Below are positions 48,107-58,524 of a stretch of DNA of 64,000 nucleotides, one piece after another. Both the position numbers and the translations under genes were made by a program. The notes beneath the pieces were generated by a model. It was not told the origin of the DNA. It saw only the letters and a program-made list of their open reading frames with translations, and made no database searches. The stretch is taken from IMG/VR virus record IMGVR_UViG_3300024999_000029, positions 124,001 to 188,000 of that record. One strand, 5' to 3'. Position 1 is the first letter of the stretch. Every line of letters starts with the position of its first letter.

Positions 48107-48448
48107 TCATTTTTCTATAAACCATTTTCCATCGTCTACATCATTTAAACTAATTAAATTTGAATTTCCATTATTTTTTTGGTATATCCAAACTTTATTT
48201 CTAGGACTAATAAATTTTATTATTTTACCATCATTCCAAGCTTTATAAGCTTCTATAAAATCAACTGGATCTCGAATTATTTCCCATTCTGTATTAAAAT
48301 TACAGTTAATATAATAAGAAGATTCACTTTTGAGCCATCCATTGTCAGCACATACTGTATTACAATGCCCACTTTCCGACTTGCATTCAAATCTCAATTT
48401 TGGATTTTCAGTTAAATTCTTAATCATTTCCCAAGTTTTCATATTCAT
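48107..48448 (-). CDS. Hypothetical protein
   Basis: Packed ORF. Confidence 0.6.
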   Translation of the reverse strand: MNMKTWEMIKNLTENPKLRFECKSESGHCNTVCADNGWLKSESSYYINCNFNTEWEIIRDPVDFIEAYKAWNDGKIIKFISPRNKVWIYQKNNGNSNLISLNDVDDGKWFIEK

Positions 48449-48488
48449 ACCTCATTTATATTTTACTTAATGAAATTAAACTTTTAAC

Positions 48489-48722
48489 TTAATCTAATAA
48501 ACTTAATCCAATTCCTAACGGAAATATTGCACATATCCAACCTATCAATGAAGCAAATATTATTTTAACTACTCCAAATGCTATAGACATTGCTTCAAGT
48601 GGTGACAATGCATTGATTATCTGTACAATTCCACCTATAAACATTACCCATAAACCAAAATAAACTCCTAAAGCTATTCCTGTAAGTATTAACGCCATTC
48701 CTAAAATCTTTTTCATAATCAT
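48489..48722 (-). CDS. Small membrane protein
   Basis: Two TM segments. Confidence 0.65.
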   Translation of the reverse strand: MIMKKILGMALILTGIALGVYFGLWVMFIGGIVQIINALSPLEAMSIAFGVVKIIFASLIGWICAIFPLGIGLSLLD

Positions 48723-48756
48723 TCTCCTTTATATTTTATTTAATGAAATTGAAGTT

Positions 48757-49038
48757 TTAAATTAATAATTTAATCTCTTCCCAAAGTGCATCGGCTAATT
48801 CTTCCCTATAGGTATGGTCTGTGTCCCACATATATTCTTCAGAATAATAATCACACAATCTCTCAAATATTATGTTTGGCTTATAACTTATTAATATTTC
48901 AATCATTTTGCCTATAGTAAACTTTTTATGATGTACGTGAGTATAATCTTTTGGCTTTCCTATGTCTTCTCCTAATAATTTACATACTTGCTCTTCAGCA
49001 ATTTTCGCACATTGTTTTGGAGTTATATGCTGTTTCAT
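48757..49038 (-). CDS. Hypothetical protein
   Basis: MKQHITPKQ...TIGKMIEIL...ELADALWE pattern. Confidence 0.6.
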   Translation of the reverse strand: MKQHITPKQCAKIAEEQVCKLLGEDIGKPKDYTHVHHKKFTIGKMIEILISYKPNIIFERLCDYYSEEYMWDTDHTYREELADALWEEIKLLI

Positions 49039-49281
49039 ATTTCACCTCTCTATAAAATCTGTGTTTCATTGTAATTCTGCGTTTTTATCATAAATTAGCT
49101 CTAAGTGGCTCATATCAGGCTTTTCATCATAGATTATTGCATCTATGATATATCCTATTTCGGAACCGTTGACATCACTGAAGTCCACGATGACTTCCAT
49201 CCATTTTCCATTATCCATTTTTTTAAAGTAGTGTTGTAGCATAACGCCTCTCTTTCATTTCAATAAAACCGCAATTTTAAT

Positions 49282-49575
49282 TTAATCTCTTGTGGTTTCA
49301 AAAGCCATTACATATCCTTCCAAACTAACAAAATCAATAAGTCCATAATTATCGCAATTGGTGCATTCCCAAGGCATAATGCCTCCAAAACTACAAGTAG
49401 GATTCATAAAAAAGTTATCTCTATATTTTTGTAATTCAGGAACTTTTCTAGCATCATCTCCTAGTCCATTAGGATACCATTGACCGTAAAATTGAACTGC
49501 TCCTTTGTGCCTACATTTTATACATCTAACATTTTTATTAATTTCATATAATCTAATTTTAGAGTAATTTTTCAT
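49282..49575 (-). CDS. Hypothetical zinc-binding protein
   Basis: CIKC...CTNC. Confidence 0.6.
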   Translation of the reverse strand: MKNYSKIRLYEINKNVRCIKCRHKGAVQFYGQWYPNGLGDDARKVPELQKYRDNFFMNPTCSFGGIMPWECTNCDNYGLIDFVSLEGYVMAFETTRD

Positions 49576-49604
49576 AGTAACTCCTTTTAAATAAATTTTG
49601 TAAT

Positions 49605-49820
49605 TTATTGAAATTCAACCATATAAAATCTACCTTCAATGAAGGCTTCACTTGGTTCTCCTATAGTTACAATATCATTTTCTTTTAACTCTAAATTGTA
49701 ATGTTCATCAAATTTTATAGGAACAGAATTAACATAAATCTTACCCATGCATACTAATCTTCTAAATTCCGAACGTCCATTTAATGCACCATTTTTATGT
49801 AAAAACCAGAATAAATTCAT
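49605..49820 (-). CDS. S4-like RNA-binding domain protein
   Basis: GRSEFRRLVCMGKIYVN...LKENDIVTIG matches the S4 pattern (SRSEARRLIxxGxVxVN...LxxGDxIxIG). Confidence 0.6.
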   Translation of the reverse strand: MNLFWFLHKNGALNGRSEFRRLVCMGKIYVNSVPIKFDEHYNLELKENDIVTIGEPSEAFIEGRFYMVEFQ

Positions 49821-49821
49821 A

Positions 49822-50283
49822 TCAATCCCACCACTCTCTTATATGTTCTTTTAAAAAATCAAATAACTCATCATAATCTTTATCCCTTAATTTTTCTTCT
49901 TCATCAAAACATTGATGCATTAATTCTTTTTGCTGTAGAGTATCGTGATTAACCATTCTGCCAAATCCATTTTCATCTTTTTCAAATTTGAAATCCCATT
50001 TATAATCTGGGTATTTTTTATCAAATGGCTTCAATGCCTCATCTAAATAATCATCTTTTACCATTCTATCTAATAAATTTATTGCACATCTCATATTATC
50101 CGCTTCTTTTTGTGAATCAGCACCCCACGCCTTGTCACTTCTAAATGCTTTTTCCATAAGCTCTAATTTCTTTTTTAAAACTACTAAAATATAATGATGA
50201 TCCCAATTATAATCATTCCATATTATAGGAAACCACCTTATCAAGTTTTTAATTCCTTGTTTAATATTGTAAAAGAAATTCAT
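49822..50283 (-). CDS. Hypothetical protein
   Basis: KNLIRWFPIIWND..WD...WWD conserved-looking phage family. Confidence 0.65.
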   Translation of the reverse strand: MNFFYNIKQGIKNLIRWFPIIWNDYNWDHHYILVVLKKKLELMEKAFRSDKAWGADSQKEADNMRCAINLLDRMVKDDYLDEALKPFDKKYPDYKWDFKFEKDENGFGRMVNHDTLQQKELMHQCFDEEEKLRDKDYDELFDFLKEHIREWWD

Positions 50284-50398
50284 TATAGCTCCTTTTATAT
50301 TTTATTTTAATAAATCAACGGTTTTATCGTAATTCTATGTCTATATGTAGTGGTATATCAGTATAATATGCTATATATAGTATGTTAATTTTTATGTT

Positions 50399-50737
50399 TT
50401 ATTTTAAAATGTTCAATAATTGTTCTCTATATAGCATAATGAATTCACAGGTATCATTTAAGTCATATATACTTGAATTATCATTAATAAATTGTTTTAG
50501 TTTATTTCCTACGTCTTTTTCGTCATCTATAAATTCATATTCTAATATTTTTTGTGGAATTAAGCCGCCCTGAACATGTTTTCCACTGAAATATACTATT
50601 CTAGAATTTTCAAAATTCAATAATTGTATAATCTCGGCTTTAGTAGAAACTATAGAATCCGCAAGTTCTTTGTTTTTAAATATTGATATATCTTTTAAAT
50701 CTGTTCCGTCTACCATGATAATATTTATTTTCAACAT
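50399..50737 (-). CDS. Hypothetical protein
   Basis: Packed ORF. Confidence 0.6.
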   Translation of the reverse strand: MLKINIIMVDGTDLKDISIFKNKELADSIVSTKAEIIQLLNFENSRIVYFSGKHVQGGLIPQKILEYEFIDDEKDVGNKLKQFINDNSSIYDLNDTCEFIMLYREQLLNILK

Positions 50738-50836
50738 GTTTACATCCTTCCCACTTTCAATAAAAAATACCTTTTAACGCAATTTTGTATCTATATATTG
50801 TATATCTATCTATTATTTTACTACATATTGTACTTT

Positions 50837-51055
50837 TTATTCTATTTCCCATTTTATAATTTTCTTAATGTCGCAATTCATTGTTTGATGATCTATAAAA
50901 AATATTTCTTTACTTATTGTTCCTTCGTTCCCACAATAAGGGCATATTAGGTGTTTATAATTTTCATAATTCTTCGATATCATTACTGAAGGAGTAGCAA
51001 ATATTTGATTACATTTATTGCATCTTAAAACTGCCCAATCACTTGATTTATTCAT
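50837..51055 (-). CDS. Hypothetical zinc-ribbon protein
   Basis: CNKC...CPYC. Confidence 0.6.
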   Translation of the reverse strand: MNKSSDWAVLRCNKCNQIFATPSVMISKNYENYKHLICPYCGNEGTISKEIFFIDHQTMNCDIKKIIKWEIE

Positions 51056-51466
51056 AAATCCTCCTATAAAATATACTTTTGATTTTATTCTTCGTCTTCA
51101 GCTTGATACATTTCCATAGCATCATCATATCCTGACCAATTATCAACTCCACATCCTAAGAGACATTCTAATTTCCATTGGTCATCCAATAAATTTTTAT
51201 ATTCTTTTTCCGAAATAGTTACCATAGGTTCTTTCATAATTTAATTCTCCTTTATTTTATATTTTATTTGATAAAAGCCAAATTTTATTGAGCTATACAA
51301 ACGCTGCAAGCACAACCAAAACATTCCTTTTCTCCATTAGATTTTTCACATTCGTCCATATCACATTTCATTTGTTTTGTAAGCCTTTTAACTATATAGC
51401 CATTATCTATAAGTATTTCAATTGCTTCTTTAATTTTATCTTCCATATTTTTATATTCTCCTTTAA

Positions 51467-51937
51467 CTAATGATCAATAGTTATTTTACCTTGTTCTTGA
51501 CAATGCTCACATCTACAAATTCTCCATCTCCAGCTATCTTCTGCTCCCATGAAACAATGAAATGGGTTTTTATTTTCACAATCATATTCAGTTTCGCCAT
51601 GCCCATTCTTTCGGTTTGACTCTTTTTTTCTGTCTATGAAATTGTAAAAACTACGCCTAACATCAGAATCGTTATCAAATTGATTATAAGTTGTGTGATT
51701 AAACCAATGTAAACACCAAGACTCATGTTCGATATATTTATAACCGATATCTATGAATTCCGTCATATCATATTTTTCTATTAAATGCTTTTTAAATTCA
51801 TTATGTAATTTTTCTATTAACTCTTTTTCTGATGGATCTTCTTTAAACATTATATCTACACTGGAATAATCGTTCTTGCCATCTTTTCTAACCCATTTAG
51901 CATAGAACTTATATATTGCAAATTTTTTATCTTTCAT
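51467..51937 (-). CDS. Hypothetical protein
   Basis: CFMGAEDSWRW..CRCEHC motif. Confidence 0.65.
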   Translation of the reverse strand: MKDKKFAIYKFYAKWVRKDGKNDYSSVDIMFKEDPSEKELIEKLHNEFKKHLIEKYDMTEFIDIGYKYIEHESWCLHWFNHTTYNQFDNDSDVRRSFYNFIDRKKESNRKNGHGETEYDCENKNPFHCFMGAEDSWRWRICRCEHCQEQGKITIDH

Positions 51938-51962
51938 ATCTCTATCCTCTCATTTTATATTT

Positions 51963-52298
51963 TTAATTCCACGTTCTATGTTTTTCACGAATATATTCTC
52001 CTACATCACAGTCATAGGTTTTTATAGTCCACTCAACGCCATCTGGTATTTCTACAATTTTACATATTCTATCTTCATTTTCATATTTATCTCTACCAAC
52101 TACAAAATTTCTTTCTATCATTACTTGATGAAGTTTTTCATCTACTCTTAGATTATTTATTTCATCATGATTTCGTATAAATAAATCCATCCAATAATAT
52201 TTTTCCTCACTATGACCATAAACTTCTCCAAGAATGGTTGCAAAATCTTCTTCCGAATAATGTAGCTCACAATTTACGCCAATTAATATTTTCTGCAT
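51963..52298 (-). CDS. Hypothetical protein
   Basis: KIVEIPDGVEWTI...EYIREKHRTW phage family pattern. Confidence 0.65.
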   Translation of the reverse strand: MQKILIGVNCELHYSEEDFATILGEVYGHSEEKYYWMDLFIRNHDEINNLRVDEKLHQVMIERNFVVGRDKYENEDRICKIVEIPDGVEWTIKTYDCDVGEYIREKHRTWN

Positions 52299-52469
52299 TT
52301 CTACCTCCTATTATCTCTTGTTTTCTCACTCTAGTTTCAATTTGCTAATGCATAATTTAAATCAAATACCATTTTTATTGAAATAATTATCCAAAGTTTT
52401 CCTTCCTCATTAAATATACCACTGCTGTTTTTATTTGTCAACTATTTTATATTTTACTTTATTAAATGT

Positions 52470-54791
52470 TTAATAATTCATTATTTTGATTTCATCTGCC
52501 CAAATATATTTTGATTTAAGGGTTGTTCTATGCTTTATAATCTGTATAAAGTCACCTTTTTTAAATCCATTTTTCTTATACACATCTTTTTTCATTTTAA
52601 TTTCTACCATATTACCCGTAGCTATACCATATAGTTTAATTTTAGGATCAGGATAAGTTTCATCTATGTTTATAACATAACCTTGACCTCTGGGTACTGG
52701 ATAAATAGAAACCATTTTTCCTAAATACTCATTTTCAAATTCTATTTGCTCTTTAATAGATAAAATTTTATCTTCTGTTTGCTTCTCAAATTCTTTAAGA
52801 TACTCTAATCGTTGTAATCTTGTCTTTTCTTTATGAGCTTTACTATACTTCAATTTTCCATCTTTAAATTCTCTATATACTGTAAGTAATTTTTCGTTTC
52901 CTCCAAATTGTTTAAAGTAATTAAGTTTGATAAATATTTCCACTTGTTTAGTATTAGCTAAAGAATTATCAGTAATATAAACTAGTAAATCAATAAAGTC
53001 ATTGTAATTTTCTAAGCACAACTCTATGATATTATCTTTTATATCAGCATTTACAAATTTTATATCACTAGACATAATTTTTGATTTTTTTAATGGTCTA
53101 CTATCCAAGAAATCATTAAGTCTTTTTTGTGCGGTGTCTAAGTAATATTGTTTATCTAATGAATTTGGAACTTTTATACCTATTACACTTTCATTATAAA
53201 TAAAACATTTATCTGGTGTATTTGCTAGTTTTTCAATTTTATCTTCACCTTTAACTTTAAATACTCCCTTTGCATTTTCATCTTTAGAGGCAAATACTCT
53301 CAATACTTTTTCTTTAATTTTTTCTTCACCATGTAAAGCATACTTATATAATCTCGATATTTTAACTACTTTTTGAAAATCTCTTAATTCATCACACTCA
53401 TTTATAGTGTCTTCTATAGGTTTGTTTTTTACAAAATAATTTATCAATGCTTTATTTACAATAGGTAAATCGTAATCTATATTACTTAGTTTCTTAACAT
53501 ATGCTCCTTTTGACTTGTATTCACCTTTATCATTTATAATAATATAGTTATTAACATCTTTTTGATAAATTTTATTATAAATATCCCACTCTAAATCTAG
53601 TCTAGTACGTTTTTCCCACTCTTTTGCTACTGATTTTATTTTTTCTATTTTATCTAAATTATCAATTTTAATAAACAAACCATCTGTATTCGATTGTATT
53701 AATTCTCCATATGGTTCTATTTTCTCAATCAAATCCAACAATAATAATTGTCCCGCCACACAAATATTATTTGCCATGAGTGGATCATACAGAGGATTAT
53801 ATTGATCTTTCATTGCACCATATGTAGCATTAACTACTATTTTTAAAGGAACATGCATTGGATTTTTTTCTGCTTTTAATTTTAATCTTAAATCTCTTAT
53901 TTCTCTATATTTTTCTTGTTCAGTTACATTCCTACTCATATAACCATATTCAATGATAATAGAAGGATATAGACTGGCTACATCGCAACACAGAATAATT
54001 CCTTCTCCCATGTAATTATCATTTGAACCATGAATGCCTCCCCATGCAAATGTATGTGGAATTCCTGCAACTTCTGCATGTAATTCCTTATTATACTTCT
54101 TATTATCATCATTTTTATACCAATCAACTATGTATTTATATTTATCTGATATTCTTAAAGTATCAGGTATAGAAATATCAAATTCATCATCTCGACTTTC
54201 TCCTCTAATTGCTCCCAAAACATACGCAGACAACTGAGCTTTAGTCTTATTAAACATTGTCATTGATAAATCAAATGCTTTCAATAAGGACAATTGACTA
54301 TCAAATTCCTCTTTTCTATTATCAAAAACTTTTATAGTTTCTTCCACATCATGTGTACAATATTCTACAACTTCTTGAATCTCTTCCTCGGTAAGTTTTC
54401 TATCTAAATCAAAAGGAACATCTGATTCTTTAATTTTAGAACCCATAAACGCTTCTAACTGTTTTAAACTATGAAATCCAGTCGAAACATCGAAATTATT
54501 TAAAGGGAATAGTTCAGCTTTTCTAACAATCTGATATCCTTTTTTATCTTCGTTTATTAGTTGGTTACTAACTTTATATGGTTCCATATCTTTCAATATA
54601 GCTTTCAATATAAACTGATCATATTGTCTACTGTTGTATCCACAAAAGATACTATTCATATTTTCATTGTAGAATTTTTTTAATTCCACTGAATTATTGA
54701 TAATAACTTTTTTTTCATTTGTTTCATGTTCAATAAATACAACTAACCATAGATACTTAAAAACTTCAAAGTCAAAAAATACTAATTTCAT
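52470..54791 (-). CDS. Family B DNA polymerase with a C-terminal DnaE-like (HhH/OB) extension
   Basis: Exonuclease FFDFEV, GYNSRQYD, YCTHDV; polymerase DVASLYPS, KIVVNATYG, SNTDG, KSKG; about 210 extra aa IKFVNA...FIDLL...LNYFKQFG...EYLG. Confidence 0.88.
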   Translation of the reverse strand: MKLVFFDFEVFKYLWLVVFIEHETNEKKVIINNSVELKKFYNENMNSIFCGYNSRQYDQFILKAILKDMEPYKVSNQLINEDKKGYQIVRKAELFPLNNFDVSTGFHSLKQLEAFMGSKIKESDVPFDLDRKLTEEEIQEVVEYCTHDVEETIKVFDNRKEEFDSQLSLLKAFDLSMTMFNKTKAQLSAYVLGAIRGESRDDEFDISIPDTLRISDKYKYIVDWYKNDDNKKYNKELHAEVAGIPHTFAWGGIHGSNDNYMGEGIILCCDVASLYPSIIIEYGYMSRNVTEQEKYREIRDLRLKLKAEKNPMHVPLKIVVNATYGAMKDQYNPLYDPLMANNICVAGQLLLLDLIEKIEPYGELIQSNTDGLFIKIDNLDKIEKIKSVAKEWEKRTRLDLEWDIYNKIYQKDVNNYIIINDKGEYKSKGAYVKKLSNIDYDLPIVNKALINYFVKNKPIEDTINECDELRDFQKVVKISRLYKYALHGEEKIKEKVLRVFASKDENAKGVFKVKGEDKIEKLANTPDKCFIYNESVIGIKVPNSLDKQYYLDTAQKRLNDFLDSRPLKKSKIMSSDIKFVNADIKDNIIELCLENYNDFIDLLVYITDNSLANTKQVEIFIKLNYFKQFGGNEKLLTVYREFKDGKLKYSKAHKEKTRLQRLEYLKEFEKQTEDKILSIKEQIEFENEYLGKMVSIYPVPRGQGYVINIDETYPDPKIKLYGIATGNMVEIKMKKDVYKKNGFKKGDFIQIIKHRTTLKSKYIWADEIKIMNY

Positions 54792-54793
54792 AG

Positions 54794-55657
54794 TTATTCT
54801 CCTATATATCTTTCACTGTATTGGCAATTTCTATTTTGACCGCAAACCCATGAACACCAGAACTCGGAAGCTTCTTCACCTTTTAACCATTTAACTTCAT
54901 TATAAATATTAGCGATAGTATTAATTACCCAGTTTTTACTTCTTTCAAAATCATCCTTATTAAACTCAAACTTATACCAATCTTTAATTTTAAACATATT
55001 AAAATTCAGATATTTGGGATATTCTCCATATTTTTCATAAAAAGGTATGCAATACAAATAAAGTTGAATCACCATACTAAAAGGAAGGAATCTTCCATCT
55101 GTTAATTCTACGAAATCTTCTTTGTTTTCTCCTTTTTTTATTGCATTATTTACTTGTCTTTGTGTTTTATCTTGTTCACTTTTAGATTTATGGTCAACAA
55201 TTTCAAACCACCCATTTTTATTTTTTAGTTCTAAGTCAACAACACCTGTAAAATCGTATTTATCTATTTTATAATCATATTTATGTTCTACATCTAATAC
55301 TTCATAACAATCATCTAATCCATTAAAATCACTAAAATATTCTTTTCCTTGTTCAAAATACTTAGCTGCTAAATCAACATATTTATTAGGTGGAAAATAT
55401 GCTGTAACTTTAGAGGTAAATTCATCAACATATTTATCTTTTAGTTCAAAACTACATAATTTATTTTTAAAATAATCCTCTAACAATTCATGTCCAAATG
55501 AGCCATATTGTCCAAACGCCCCATCTGTTGATTTTTTCTTCAAAATATATGTAAGATAAAAACATTGTGGACATCTTTCACATGTTTCTAATCTTGAGTA
55601 TGAAAAAATCATCTGATCCAAAATGAAATCATATTCTCCCAACTTAATTACCTCCAA
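54794..55657 (-). CDS. PD-(D/E)xK exonuclease (Cas4/RecB-like)
   Basis: FSYSRLETCERCP, GSFGH, GVVDL...IVDHKS, QLYLY and C-terminal CSWVC...C. Confidence 0.85.
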   Translation of the reverse strand: MEVIKLGEYDFILDQMIFSYSRLETCERCPQCFYLTYILKKKSTDGAFGQYGSFGHELLEDYFKNKLCSFELKDKYVDEFTSKVTAYFPPNKYVDLAAKYFEQGKEYFSDFNGLDDCYEVLDVEHKYDYKIDKYDFTGVVDLELKNKNGWFEIVDHKSKSEQDKTQRQVNNAIKKGENKEDFVELTDGRFLPFSMVIQLYLYCIPFYEKYGEYPKYLNFNMFKIKDWYKFEFNKDDFERSKNWVINTIANIYNEVKWLKGEEASEFWCSWVCGQNRNCQYSERYIGE

Positions 55658-56639
55658 GTTTTATTTTTTTGTTGTATAATTCATTCCATACAGTTAGTCC
55701 TCTATCTACAGGTGCATCTTTATATTTTAATAATCCTTGTTCATCATAAATAACATTTATAGCTGTAAACTTTAATAATTTGGCGCAATTTTCTTTTATA
55801 TTTTCTATTATTACGTTTTTATCTAAAGCAATTGTAATTTCACACTTTAATTCTAGTAGTAATCTTAATTGATATTCGTTAATATGACTGGTAGCTAATG
55901 CCACGACGTTATTTATTCCCCACCCCTCTAGTTTCCAAACAGATTTTTCCGACTCAACAACTATTACTTCTTTTTTCTCTTTTATAAATTCAATGTTATT
56001 ATTTAATCCAAATAAAAAATCATTAGTTCCAAGTTTGTAATAATATAAATATTTTTTAATACCTAGTTCTTTAAACTTTTCATATAATGACCGTCCTTTT
56101 ATATTTATTATTTTTCCTTCTTTATTAATTATTGGAAATACTGCTCTATTACTTCTAGAATCATATCTCACTTGATATTTATCCATTATTTCTGGCAATA
56201 TTCCTTCTTCCAACCATTCATATATAGGCTGATTATCATACTTATTCATAATATTATCAGGTAAAATTTCATGCACAACTTTAGTTGTATTTTTTTTATT
56301 AAATTTTCTTAATATTTTTATGCTTTCAAATTCTTCTTTAAATTGAGATATATCTGTACCTGTATAATTAATTAAATATTCTACTGCTTGTGGAAAATTT
56401 AATTTATGATATTTCATTATAAAATCAATAATTGTAGAAGTCGCTCCACATCCAAAACAAAAAAACATTCGTTTGTCTAAAGATACAGAAAATGAAGCAG
56501 TATTTTCGTCATGAAAAGGACACATGCCAAAATAATCCCTTCCATGACGAGTTAATTGAACATATTGGCTTATATAATCAACTATATTTACTTTTTCTAT
56601 CAACTCTTGTAATAAATCTTGACCATATTCTTTATACAT
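55644..56639 (-). CDS. dnaG: DNA primase (CHC2 zinc finger plus Toprim)
   Basis: CPFHDENTASF...CFGCG; VVESEKS; IALDK. Confidence 0.9.
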   Translation of the reverse strand: MYKEYGQDLLQELIEKVNIVDYISQYVQLTRHGRDYFGMCPFHDENTASFSVSLDKRMFFCFGCGATSTIIDFIMKYHKLNFPQAVEYLINYTGTDISQFKEEFESIKILRKFNKKNTTKVVHEILPDNIMNKYDNQPIYEWLEEGILPEIMDKYQVRYDSRSNRAVFPIINKEGKIINIKGRSLYEKFKELGIKKYLYYYKLGTNDFLFGLNNNIEFIKEKKEVIVVESEKSVWKLEGWGINNVVALATSHINEYQLRLLLELKCEITIALDKNVIIENIKENCAKLLKFTAINVIYDEQGLLKYKDAPVDRGLTVWNELYNKKIKLGGN

Positions 56640-56656
56640 ATAAGACCAATCCTTAA

Positions 56657-58012
56657 TTATAATGGGAACTCTTGTACAGTATGTTGAGTTACAACTTGTT
56701 CTATAGTGGCTAAATTACCATTAAATGATAAATCAATATATTCTTCGTCTGTATTAGTCATTTGCTCACCATTTCTATTCAATTTAACAAATAATTTATA
56801 ATTACCACACTGTTGTCCATCTCTAATAATTTCTTCAGGTAATTTAGGTATTAAGTTTATTATAGAACTAGCATATTGCTCAATCTTATAACTATCTGCA
56901 ATCTCATTACCTCTGTTTAATTGACCTCCCGCAAGTACTGCCATGTTTAATCCTCCAGCAATATCATTTTTCAAGAAGTTTGTTTTATTTCCAAGATCAT
57001 TATATTGTCCTGTACTATCTCCAGCATTACTTTTCAAATAGTCATACACTACAAATTGTAGTCCCATTTTATATTGAAGTATTTTACATGTTGTATATAT
57101 TTTATCATTTGTCCATGATGGGCTATACATATGTACAAATGGAGCAGATTTAATAAAAGTTAATGCATCTTGTATTATAAGTTCTTCTGTATGTGTATAA
57201 CTTCCAGTTTTAATCTTAAATACTGGTATTTGAGTCAAATGAGCAAGCATTCTTTCCATGAAGTTTCTGCTAGACATTTCAGTATCTATATAAAGAGTCG
57301 GTACTTTATTTTTTAGTTTATGTACTGACTCATTCATCATAAACATTGATTTACCAGTTTTACGAGGGGCAGCAACGATGATGAGTTCTCCTCTATCGTA
57401 TGGACAATATTTATTTTGTAATTCATATTTAGAAGGTATACCATATAGTTCTTTCCCATGTTGTCTTTTCATTGTTTCTTGCCACAGGTTATCAACTTTT
57501 TCACCAAACAATTCAATATCGTTAGTAATTACATATTCTTCTGCAAGTTTATTTAAACCATTATAAACAAAAGTATTAAGCTCACCTAAATCGTAGTTAT
57601 CATCAAAACAACTCTTTTGAAATTCTTGTAATTTTTTATATAAATCACGCTTAAAAGCTAAAGTTACAACTTTTTGAACTACTATTGTATATTCTTCAAT
57701 ACTATCTCTAGCTACATGTTGCGATAAATCAACTAATTCTTGTATGGAATTAATGTTAAAGTTTTCAATAGTTTTTTTTACTCCTTCGTTACTATTAAGC
57801 ATAGTAGTCAAATTGAAAACATCTATATTTTCTACTCCAGATTTATATAATTCATCAATTGCCCAATATATACAAGCGTTTTCTTTATTATAAAAATGTT
57901 TAGCTTTTAAATATTCACTATGTAATATAAAGTCTGGATGATATATTAACGTACTAATTACTCCTGATTCAGATTGACTGTCCTTTATTTCTGATATTTT
58001 CAAATACATCAC
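56657..58012 (-). CDS. DnaB-like replicative helicase
   Basis: AAPRKTGKS Walker A, YIDTEM, VYDYLK, QLNR and VKLNRNG motifs. Confidence 0.9.
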   Translation of the reverse strand: MMYLKISEIKDSQSESGVISTLIYHPDFILHSEYLKAKHFYNKENACIYWAIDELYKSGVENIDVFNLTTMLNSNEGVKKTIENFNINSIQELVDLSQHVARDSIEEYTIVVQKVVTLAFKRDLYKKLQEFQKSCFDDNYDLGELNTFVYNGLNKLAEEYVITNDIELFGEKVDNLWQETMKRQHGKELYGIPSKYELQNKYCPYDRGELIIVAAPRKTGKSMFMMNESVHKLKNKVPTLYIDTEMSSRNFMERMLAHLTQIPVFKIKTGSYTHTEELIIQDALTFIKSAPFVHMYSPSWTNDKIYTTCKILQYKMGLQFVVYDYLKSNAGDSTGQYNDLGNKTNFLKNDIAGGLNMAVLAGGQLNRGNEIADSYKIEQYASSIINLIPKLPEEIIRDGQQCGNYKLFVKLNRNGEQMTNTDEEYIDLSFNGNLATIEQVVTQHTVQEFPL

Positions 58013-58476
58013 CCCTTAAAAAGTTTATTCCAACTATTGTTTTCAACATTAGAATTGAATGTTATTTCATCTTGAAATTTTATATTTTCAATTGTAGTGT
58101 TTTTAGTTTGTTTCATTAACTCATTTGCTTTTGTTTTATAATATTCTTCTTTCATTTTTGTGTTGTTAATTATATAGTGCAATCCAGATGCGTGATTTAA
58201 TGGTAATTTATTGCGTATTACATACTTTATTGCAAATAATAATAAATCACTTGCTACGTTTTTTTCATCAATAATCATATTTATTGTTTTATTTAAACTA
58301 GATGCAACTTCCGTCTTGTTGATATGTTCAAAAAATAATTGTCTAACTTCATTTTTATTAGTTGCTTCTTGTAAACACTCTACATGATAATACCTATTTT
58401 TGTGTTTAACAGCTATTTCTTCACTTACTTCATTATTAAATTTACATTGATTATAAGCACATTTAAATACTTTCAT
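58009..58476 (-). CDS. Hypothetical replication protein (possible helicase loader)
   Basis: N-terminal CxxxxC..RYYHVEC; coupled to the helicase. Confidence 0.55.
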   Translation of the reverse strand: MKVFKCAYNQCKFNNEVSEEIAVKHKNRYYHVECLQEATNKNEVRQLFFEHINKTEVASSLNKTINMIIDEKNVASDLLLFAIKYVIRNKLPLNHASGLHYIINNTKMKEEYYKTKANELMKQTKNTTIENIKFQDEITFNSNVENNSWNKLFKG

Positions 58477-58524
58477 AGGATTTCTAGGGGAGAGATTAAT
58501 CTCCCCATCCTCCTTAAATTTTGA

